A stretch of DNA of 64,000 bases from an uncultured Bacteroidales bacterium (GTDB lineage: Bacteria; Bacteroidota; Bacteroidia; Bacteroidales; VadinHA17): assembly GCA_963789985.1 (NCBI GenBank), contig CAWBNA010000019.1:464464-528463 (forward strand), read 5' to 3'. Below, piece after piece: positions 57,467-64,000 of this stretch (the first letter of the stretch is position 1; the number at the start of each line of letters is the position of its first letter). Both the position numbers and the translations under genes were made by a program. The notes below the pieces were generated by a model. That model had not been told where the DNA came from. It worked only from the letters and a program-made list of their open reading frames with translations, and searched no databases.

Positions 57467-58204
57467 TTAAATTGTAACCAAAAAACCAATATAAGACATT
57501 GTGGATCTGTCTTTGCTTATACTATGCCCTAATGAGTATATGAAATGTAACTTATCGGTGAAATTAACAAATCCGCCTATATTAAAACCAACAAAAGAAT
57601 GACCTCCGGCAGAGGACGGTGTTTTATAAAATAATTCACCACCCAAAGTAAAACGCTTTGTAAAATCATACTGCACTTCCCAACCTGAAAATAGCCAGTT
57701 TTTGTTATTATTGCCAGGGTTTATCCAATATCCACAACCTCCATAGGTAGTAAGTTTTCCCCATGATTTTTGAAGCCAGACAGGTAGATAGACCTGAAGA
57801 TTATTGCTGCCGAAATTATTATTTTTAACTGTAGGCACTTCAGCGATCGGGAATAATCCTATCTGGAACGACTGATCCTTGCTTTTAAAAAACCTGTATT
57901 TAAATCCTAATTCAGTATTAGAATATCCGTATTGAAATTCTTTATGTTGAATTGAATTATAATTCATTGGAAACTCAATATGAAATTGTCCTCCCGGTAT
58001 GATCCCGTAGTTAATTTCAACATGGGGTAATGTTCCTGTCATGAAACCTGGTTGAAATGTGTCCATAGAGGATAAGTAATATTCCCAGTGCCCGAATTCA
58101 ACAGGCTCCGGATCATCAGTTCCGAAAGGTGGTCCTGCTTTGCAAAGCTGGATGATCAGCAGTAAACTGAAAAGTAATAAAGCTTTTCTTAAAACGATCT
58201 TCAT
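57467..58204 (-). CDS. outer-membrane channel-like protein (MetA-pathway/phenol-degradation-like, tentative)
   Basis: The ATG at 58204 gives the signal peptide MKIVLRKALLLFSLLLIIQLCKA. This is followed by GPPFGTDDPEPVEFGHWE, a motif recalled from that OM family. The rest is beta-rich. Confidence 0.45.
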   Translation of the reverse strand: MKIVLRKALLLFSLLLIIQLCKAGPPFGTDDPEPVEFGHWEYYLSSMDTFQPGFMTGTLPHVEINYGIIPGGQFHIEFPMNYNSIQHKEFQYGYSNTELGFKYRFFKSKDQSFQIGLFPIAEVPTVKNNNFGSNNLQVYLPVWLQKSWGKLTTYGGCGYWINPGNNNKNWLFSGWEVQYDFTKRFTLGGELFYKTPSSAGGHSFVGFNIGGFVNFTDKLHFIYSLGHSISKDRSTMSYIGFLVTI

Positions 58205-58458
58205 CCGGTGGTTATTCTTTTTATTCTTTACTCGCTGTCTGAAAACAAAATCTAATATCAGTTTAAATATTATCAAATAAACACCTTAAAGTACTTTTGG
58301 TTCTCTTATCAATTACAAAATTCAAACCCGGGCTAAAACAAAACCGACTCTATTTCATCGGACTTAACTAACCCGCTGTAACACCAATAAGCATCGCAAG
58401 AAAAATCCAGAGGGTCAGATAGCGGTCAAGAAATTTTAACCGTTTTTGTGAAAATGTA

Positions 58459-58881
58459 CTATTGGTTTTTGATAATTTCAAGGTAGAATTTGTAAAACGC
58501 TTCCTTTATTTCGTCCCTGACTCTTCGAAATTCACTCCAGATATATTCTTCTGAACCGGTTACCTTTGAAGGGTCTTCGAAACCAAAGTGCAGGCGATGG
58601 TTAACTTTTCCCATGAATACAGGGCAGGTTTCATTTGCATCGTCACAAACTGTTATCACATAGTCCCATGCCTCACCAAGGTACAAGTCAACTGATTTTG
58701 GTTTATGGTGACTGATATCTATTCCAACTTCTTTCATAACAGCAGTGGCTTTCTCATTTAGTTTTTGAGCAGGATAAGTGCCTGCAGAACAGACGACAAT
58801 ATTTTTATCGAAAAACTGCAAAAATCCGTGCGCCATCTGGCTACGACAACTGTTTCCTGTGCAGAGAATTAATACTTTCAT
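58459..58881 (-). CDS. arsC: arsenate reductase, LMW-phosphatase family (thioredoxin-coupled type)
   Basis: MKVLILCTGNSCRSQMA contains the CX5R P-loop. The downstream Cys pair in VITVCDDANETCPVF is also present. 140 aa. Confidence 0.8.
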   Translation of the reverse strand: MKVLILCTGNSCRSQMAHGFLQFFDKNIVVCSAGTYPAQKLNEKATAVMKEVGIDISHHKPKSVDLYLGEAWDYVITVCDDANETCPVFMGKVNHRLHFGFEDPSKVTGSEEYIWSEFRRVRDEIKEAFYKFYLEIIKNQ

Positions 58882-58898
58882 TTTATTTTTTTAGAATG

Positions 58899-58916
58899 TT
58901 TCGGATAAATCCGAAA
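58899..58916. promoter_or_regulatory. inverted repeat TTTCGGA-N4-TCCGAAA, candidate ArsR operator before arsC
   Basis: It has perfect 7-bp arms and lies 18-35 nt upstream of the arsC start. It is related to the repeat at 59251-59268. Confidence 0.4.
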
Positions 58917-58931
58917 TTCATAATTAATTTT

Positions 58932-59240
58932 TTACTTTTTAAAGAATTTGGCAAATAGCAATTTTGTTTCTTTCCAATTTTCCTGATCAATATAATACCC
59001 TATATATGGCGGATTGATTTCTCCCCGGATCAAGCCGGCATTTTTCAATTCTTTCAGGTGCTCAGATAGAGTTGAGCTGGCAATAGGCAGAATTTCAGCC
59101 ATATCACCGCTATAACAGGGCCTGTTCAGGTTATTTGATAAATAATCAAGTATAAAAACACGTATCGGATTCGACAGCGCTTTTCCATAACGTGCTATTC
59201 TCTCCTGAATATCAGTTATCGGATTCTCCTTCCCTGACAT
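58932..59240 (-). CDS. arsR: ArsR/SmtB-family metalloregulator
   Basis: A 102-aa ORF. The wHTH reads LSNPIRVFILDYL...MAEILPIASSTLSEHLKELKNAGLI. It lies directly upstream of arsC. Confidence 0.8.
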   Translation of the reverse strand: MSGKENPITDIQERIARYGKALSNPIRVFILDYLSNNLNRPCYSGDMAEILPIASSTLSEHLKELKNAGLIRGEINPPYIGYYIDQENWKETKLLFAKFFKK

Positions 59241-59250
59241 AAGTATTTCA

Positions 59251-59268
59251 TTTCGGGTTTTTCCGAAA
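59251..59268. promoter_or_regulatory. inverted repeat TTTCGG-N6-CCGAAA, candidate ArsR autoregulatory operator
   Basis: It has 6-bp arms and lies 11-28 nt upstream of the arsR start. Confidence 0.4.
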
Positions 59269-59424
59269 CTAATATATGGAATTTTAATGAATACAAAGAA
59301 TTGATCAATTCTTAAATGTGAATATTATTCTCCACATTTTAAACAAAAGGATCATCTGACATTTATTGAGCAGGGGAAAAGATAATGCAGCTGCTAATCC
59401 AAATATAAAATTCTTGACACTACA

Positions 59425-59634
59425 TCATTTTTTATCTGAGGACTTGGTATTAACGTCTTTATCTTTTACTTCGGGTTCTTTTTCTTTTGTTTCATCATCC
59501 AGTTGTGATGCTTTTTTGAACTCCTTTATCCCCTGACCAAGACCTTTCATCAATTCAGGAATCTTTCTTCCACCAAATAATAATACTACTATAAGTAATA
59601 TTAACAAAATGTGCATCGGACTTGTAAAATCCAT
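59425..59634 (-). CDS. tatA: twin-arginine translocase subunit TatA/E
   Basis: A 69-aa [38 protein letters not shown] is the canonical TatA TM helix plus amphipathic helix. Confidence 0.85.
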   Translation of the reverse strand: MDFTSPMHILLILLIVVLLFGGRKIPELMKGLGQGIKEFKKASQLDDETKEKEPEVKDKDVNTKSSDKK

Positions 59635-59984
59635 AATAATTCAATTTTAAACGTTGTTAATAATCATTCTTATCAATTCTCTCATCCTGTCAGAATGCTT
59701 TTCCGTACCCATTAATACTTTTTCCAATTCATTTTACGGACTTTGTTGTCACATGATCATCAAATAAGCGACAAATTCTTCTTTTTTAAAAGTGACTAAT
59801 CTGTACAGACATCAAAATTACTAATAAATTCCAAAGTCCTCAATAAATCATACATTATATTGCCGGGCAACAGGACCCGGCATTTTAATTCCACCAGGAT
59901 CAGGTAACACAGGGTAAATTTAAATTTTATAGCTTTAAGCCTGTGAATTTTTAAATAAAGGCACAAATTTAAAGGTATGTAAAT

Positions 59985-60668
59985 ATGTATTTCAATAATA
60001 AAATACTAATCGGAATTACCTTGTCTTGCATTGGGTTAACTGCACTTCAGGCACAGACAGTGAAAGATATTGACGGCAATGTTTACAAAACTGTAACCAT
60101 TGGCTCTCAGGTCTGGTTAAAAGAGAATCTTAAAACCACGAGGTACAATGATGGCACAATCATACCAATGGTTTCAGACGGTAAAGCATGGAAAGTATTG
60201 ACTACGCCTGCATACTGCTGGTATAATAATGATAAAACAGCATATAAAAACGAGTACGGTGCTTTGTATAACTGGTACACAGTTAATACAAATAAATTAT
60301 GCCCCGTAGGTTGGCATGTGCCTACTGATGCAGAATGGAGAACATTGACAACCTATTTGGGTGGTGAAAGCGTTGCCGGGGGAAAAATGAAAGAAAAAGG
60401 TACTACCCATTGGGAAAGTCCTAATGTCGGAGCAACTAATGAAAGTGGTTTTACGGCAATTTCGAGTGGTTTTCGCAACAAGGCCGGAGAATTCGACTAC
60501 TCTGGTTCAAATGTCGATATCTTTCACTCCAACGGATATTGGTGGAGTTCTACCGGACTCTATTTTTATAACGCCTATTACAGACGCCTGTACCACACTC
60601 TCAATGATATTTATAGTAGCCTCAGCGATAAAAGGTTTGGCTTTTCTGTTCGCTGTTTGCGGAATTAG
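59985..60668 (+). CDS. FISUMP-domain secreted protein (single domain)
   Basis: A 227-aa ORF with a signal peptide. The core is VKDIDGNVYKTVTIGSQVWLKENLKTTRYNDG...ALYNWYTV...CPVGWHVPT...GFSVRCL. Confidence 0.8.
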   Translation: MYFNNKILIGITLSCIGLTALQAQTVKDIDGNVYKTVTIGSQVWLKENLKTTRYNDGTIIPMVSDGKAWKVLTTPAYCWYNNDKTAYKNEYGALYNWYTVNTNKLCPVGWHVPTDAEWRTLTTYLGGESVAGGKMKEKGTTHWESPNVGATNESGFTAISSGFRNKAGEFDYSGSNVDIFHSNGYWWSSTGLYFYNAYYRRLYHTLNDIYSSLSDKRFGFSVRCLRN

Positions 60669-60761
60669 CCGGCTGTTTGGCTTTTTTTAATTAATGACGC
60701 TCCTCATGGGGCAGAGAAAGCTTATAATGCCTTGCCTCAATGCCGGATGTAAAATTCATTT

Positions 60762-61856
60762 TTACAGTTCCTTTACCCCCCAGAACTTATTAATATTTAC
60801 CCATTTGTAAATATCAGGTTTCACAAACTGCCGTTTACACTGATCTATTGTCAATCCCCGTATTTCAATGTCGTCCAAGGCTGCAGGAACCATTCCTGAT
60901 TTATGTGCCAGTACAACAGCAGGTATGTCATTTAACTCAAAACCCATTAATAAAGATCCGACCATGTCAGTTGCAAGGGGGGATGTACCGGCAATAATCA
61001 ACCCCATATCAACCAGTTTACCGTCACTTGGTCCATTTCCCTCCATTGCTGTAGATGCATCAATAACTGAAAGGCCGGTTTTGACAGCATTGTTAATATC
61101 TAAAACTTCAAATGCTATGCCCTGAGAGCCTGCCTCCGCTGCTCTGTCATGGAGCCATGAACGGACCGCATAATACTCTGTACCCGGGTAAAGACCAATT
61201 AAATTCTTCATTGCAAGCGTGACTGTTGAAAGGGTATGTGTTTTCATCATTGGAACAGAGCATAACAAATCAATTTCTGTAAGCGATTTATGAATTTTCA
61301 CTGATTTCGCTGCAAATCCATTTTTCAAAGGCACCTCAACTATTTCTCCTGAATGAAGGTTAACCAATGGAATGTTTAAGGATTCAGCCATTTCAGTGTA
61401 TCCCAGCACATTAAAAACATGCTCCTGCATTTTATCAAGTATTTCCCTTTTCTTTGTCCTGAAGACTTCATTATTAATGGCATTAAATGAAGATGCGGCA
61501 GCAGAACCTTCACCTATCATTACTTCTTTTCCGGCTTTTTGCATAAGCTGGGCAAGAGTTTTTACAACAACAGGTTTTGTTGTAAAATAAGGACTGTCAC
61601 CGGTAAGGTTCGGCTTAAGCATTATTCTTTTCTTCCCTTTTGTAACTGTTTTTATTCCGCCTAAAAGATCAATTGCTTCTTCTACAGCTTCAGGAATATT
61701 CCCATCTTTTATGCGCACAATACTTACCACATGTTTATTCAGCTTTCCGTAAAGATTTTTATCGTATAAGTTGGTCAATCCGAATGCCAGGGAACCTGCA
61801 GCCATTGTTGAAGCAGTACCTATGAATTTTCTTCGTGAAATTTCCTGTTTTTCCAT
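60762..61856 (-). CDS. DUF362-domain protein with twin-arginine signal peptide
   Basis: The N-terminus is MEKQEISRRKFIGTASTMAAGSLAFG (Tat motif RRKFI). The body (IMLKPNLTGD...VPMMKTHTLSTVTLAMKNLIG) resembles DUF362. Confidence 0.6.
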   Translation of the reverse strand: MEKQEISRRKFIGTASTMAAGSLAFGLTNLYDKNLYGKLNKHVVSIVRIKDGNIPEAVEEAIDLLGGIKTVTKGKKRIMLKPNLTGDSPYFTTKPVVVKTLAQLMQKAGKEVMIGEGSAAASSFNAINNEVFRTKKREILDKMQEHVFNVLGYTEMAESLNIPLVNLHSGEIVEVPLKNGFAAKSVKIHKSLTEIDLLCSVPMMKTHTLSTVTLAMKNLIGLYPGTEYYAVRSWLHDRAAEAGSQGIAFEVLDINNAVKTGLSVIDASTAMEGNGPSDGKLVDMGLIIAGTSPLATDMVGSLLMGFELNDIPAVVLAHKSGMVPAALDDIEIRGLTIDQCKRQFVKPDIYKWVNINKFWGVKEL

Positions 61857-61883
61857 TCTGTTTTTATTTTCCTGTTCCGGAAT

Positions 61884-61914
61884 TAAAGTTACACTATGTC
61901 CGATATGATGTCAA
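61884..61914 (-). promoter_or_regulatory. promoter, TTGAC-N18-TAACTTTA class, upstream of DUF362 gene
   Basis: The minus strand reads TTGAC atcatatcggacatagtg TAACTTTA, preceded by GATAAAATAAAA, 28 nt before the start at 61856. Confidence 0.5.
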
Positions 61915-62280
61915 TTTTATTTTATCCTGTGATAATATTGAAAATCCGCTTAATATACATAAAAACATTATCACCGCCATCTCCGGGAAATTTTTCTACG
62001 GCGTACACATGTTCCAGAATTTATCCCGGATTCTTACTACCTTAAAGATTTTAAAAAGTTCATATTTTTGAGTGCAGATGATGTAAACAAAATTACAGTG
62101 TTCCCGTGCTTTAATGATCTGAATCCATAAAATTCATGAAACCAATGTTTCACAGCACTTATTTATTAACCTGTATTCAGGATTAAAAGAATAATTCCAA
62201 ATAAGTTGAAATTGGCCCCAATTTTGCTTAGATTTGATAAAAGCAAAACTTACAAAACCCATTTTTTAAATATCCCGGTT

Positions 62281-63591
62281 ATGAAACCTTATGTCAAAGT
62301 TGCTGTATTGGTTATCATTCTTACAGGATTTATTGCAACAATAGAATCCTGCAAGAAAAAAGAGACAGTTCCATCACTCACAACCAGCACTGTTTCAAGC
62401 ATTACCCAGACAACTGCCGTATCAGGAGGGAATGTGACAAATGACGGAGGAGTTGAAGTTACCTCACGCGGTATCTGCTGGAGCACAAACCATAATCCTA
62501 CAACAGGTTCGGAAATGACTGAGGATGGAGCAGGCAGCGGGGCATTTACGAGCAATTTGACAAGCCTGACAGCAAATACGACATACTATGTCCGTGCATA
62601 TGCTGTCAACATAGAGGGGACAGGTTACGGTAACGAGGTCTCATTTTCCACAAGCGCAATAGCACTTGCAGTGATTACAACAACTGAAGTGACTTCTATA
62701 GCTCCTACAACTGCAAACTCAGGAGGTGAAATTACCGATAACGGAGGAGGTGAAATAACGGTCAGCGGGATATGCTGGAGTACAAACCAGAATCCTGCAA
62801 TATCTGATAACCTGACAACAGATGGTTCAAATAATGGCAGTTACACAAGTATTCTTACCGGACTTACTCCAAATACGACCTATTACGTCCGTGCCTATGC
62901 AACCAACCCTGCAGGAACTGCTTACGGTAACCAGGTTTCGTTTACTACTACGGCAGGAATACCTTCAATTGTTTTTAATTCCAGTCTGACCTATGGCACA
63001 GTTACAGATATCGACGGTAATATATACAAAACAATACAAATAGGCGGCCAGACATGGATGGCTGAGAACCTTAGAACCACCACCTACAATGATAATACGG
63101 CAATACCCAATGTAACCAACTTCAGTAATTGGGATACACTTACAACTCCGGGATATTGCTGGTATTTTAATGATGCTTCAACATACAAGGCTGTTTATGG
63201 AGCCCTGTATAACTGGTACGCTGCAAACACAGGGAAATTATGCCCGACGGGCTGGCATGTACCGTCACTTGACGATTTTAATGCACTGGAGACATATCTT
63301 GGCGGGGCCGACGTTGCCGGCGGAAAGATGAAAGAAACCGGAACTGCCCATTGGCAAACACCAAACGGAGATGCAACCAATGAGTCGGGGTTTACAGGAT
63401 TGCCTGGTGAATTTCGTGACATCACTGTAAACTTTGCAGCATATCCGGGTGTTTATGGCGAATGGTGGAGCACAACTTTTCAGGATCAGGTAAATGCTAC
63501 TTCATTGACCCTGTTTTATAATGACGGCTCATTTAACTTAAGCGGCGCCCCTGAAGATCAGGGTCTGTCAGTCCGTTGTATCAAAAACTGA
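62281..63591 (+). CDS. FISUMP-domain lipoprotein with two FN3/Ig-like repeats (paralogue of 34491..35804)
   Basis: The ATG at 62281 gives MKPYVKVAVLVIILTGFIATIESC (lipobox-like). The architecture and many motifs match the island copy (TANTTYYVRAYA..., DIDGNIYKTIQIGGQTWMAENLRTTTYND..., GLSVRCI). Confidence 0.8.
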   Translation: MKPYVKVAVLVIILTGFIATIESCKKKETVPSLTTSTVSSITQTTAVSGGNVTNDGGVEVTSRGICWSTNHNPTTGSEMTEDGAGSGAFTSNLTSLTANTTYYVRAYAVNIEGTGYGNEVSFSTSAIALAVITTTEVTSIAPTTANSGGEITDNGGGEITVSGICWSTNQNPAISDNLTTDGSNNGSYTSILTGLTPNTTYYVRAYATNPAGTAYGNQVSFTTTAGIPSIVFNSSLTYGTVTDIDGNIYKTIQIGGQTWMAENLRTTTYNDNTAIPNVTNFSNWDTLTTPGYCWYFNDASTYKAVYGALYNWYAANTGKLCPTGWHVPSLDDFNALETYLGGADVAGGKMKETGTAHWQTPNGDATNESGFTGLPGEFRDITVNFAAYPGVYGEWWSTTFQDQVNATSLTLFYNDGSFNLSGAPEDQGLSVRCIKN

Positions 63592-63811
63592 CATGGTGGT
63601 TAAATAGCTTTACAATCTTTTTGTTTATGCTCGATAAGCCAGTTTCTCACTAATTCCGTTGAGAGAAACGCGGTTAGCGAGAAACGGGGAACCGAACCGT
63701 CTGCTGACGGTGAGCTCGATGAAGTAAATGCGCTCGCGGGGATTCAAACCAACCCTGTATAAACCTGAAAGTCTCCTGAGCCATGCCGGCGATTAGGGAA
63801 GGCGTTTTTAC

Positions 63812-64000
63812 CTATTTATAATTATCATTTTTTTTACGTCCGGTAAGCAATATTCCCAAGACAATGTCATTTATGAGCAGGAAAGAGAAGCAGTTTGCAA
63901 CCAGAAAGGCAATAAAACCCAACCCGTAAAGAAAAATGATTGCAACCACAACAACAAAGGAGCTTATATAAACCGATATGAATAAAGCTTTGAGCCTGAG
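63812..64000 (-). CDS. hypothetical membrane protein, C-terminal part (5' end outside window)
   Basis: The minus-strand frame is open from the window edge to a TAG at 63812-63814. It encodes ...FVVVVAIIFLYGLGFIAFLVANCFSFLLINDIVLGILLTGRKKNDNYK (two hydrophobic helices). Confidence 0.4.
   Translation of the reverse strand, partial: LRLKALFISVYISSFVVVVAIIFLYGLGFIAFLVANCFSFLLINDIVLGILLTGRKKNDNYK

Noticed and set aside
63740-63800. TPP (THI-box) riboswitch, on the basis of ACCC..AACCTGA..GCCGGCG..AGGGAA.
   Set aside because: The CTGAGA pyrimidine-sensor half in its expected P2/P3 context is missing, and the P5 pairing cannot be drawn. There is no downstream gene to regulate because both neighbours are convergent. 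It is reported only as an unassigned structured region.
1-64000. CRISPR arrays, rRNA genes, reverse transcriptase/DGR or retron components.
   Set aside because: No regularly spaced direct repeats, no rRNA-like sequence and no RT motifs were seen on either strand. The only tRNA-like sequences are tRNA-Thr and its 22-nt attR copy.

Overview
This 64-kb chromosomal window reads as Bacteroidota. The evidence is Bacteroides-type TAnnTTTG -7 boxes, a T9SS C-terminal sorting domain, a Bacteroides-type tyrosine integrase, and many 'Fibrobacter succinogenes major paralogous domain' (FISUMP) proteins.

Layout:
- 1-13.5 kb: a secreted FecR/TPR protein, a frameshift-riddled TPR-CHAT pseudogene, and a two-gene unit ending in a 2363-aa T9SS-sorted protein that combines FISUMP, beta-helix, metzincin, Ig-like and beta-propeller domains.
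- 13.5-28.2 kb: a housekeeping block. It holds a TPR membrane protein, mprF, mnmE, an OMP/MMPL-RND/LolA-like exporter operon with an AraC regulator, sucD, fabG, an M48 protease and tRNA-Thr(CGU).
- 28.2-48.4 kb: a roughly 20-kb island inserted in the 3' end of tRNA-Thr and bounded by a perfect 22-bp direct repeat. It carries a 3'-truncated integrase fused by deletion to a start-less AAA ATPase, a DUF3871-like gene, a FISUMP lipoprotein and an AhpD-like gene of visibly foreign composition. It also carries three tandem HEPN-motif genes (one split by an IS4-family element with a 9-bp target duplication), a RadC/JAB protein, and a small OM beta-barrel next to a TIR-TM-TolB_N-like-TPR protein.
- 48.4-56 kb: decaying accessory DNA. 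It holds an FAD/BBE oxidoreductase flanked by duplicated pieces of the neighbouring gene, a second TIR paralogue killed by an internal deletion, and a 5'-truncated near-identical FISUMP copy.
- 56-64 kb: an SDR, an OM channel, arsRC, tatA, a Tat-signal DUF362 protein and two more FISUMP genes.

No rRNA genes or CRISPR arrays were seen. The most interesting candidates are the transmembrane TIR sensor-like protein (two loci) and the orphan HEPN gene array inside the tRNA island. All protein family names are recognised by eye from motifs and have not been searched against any database.
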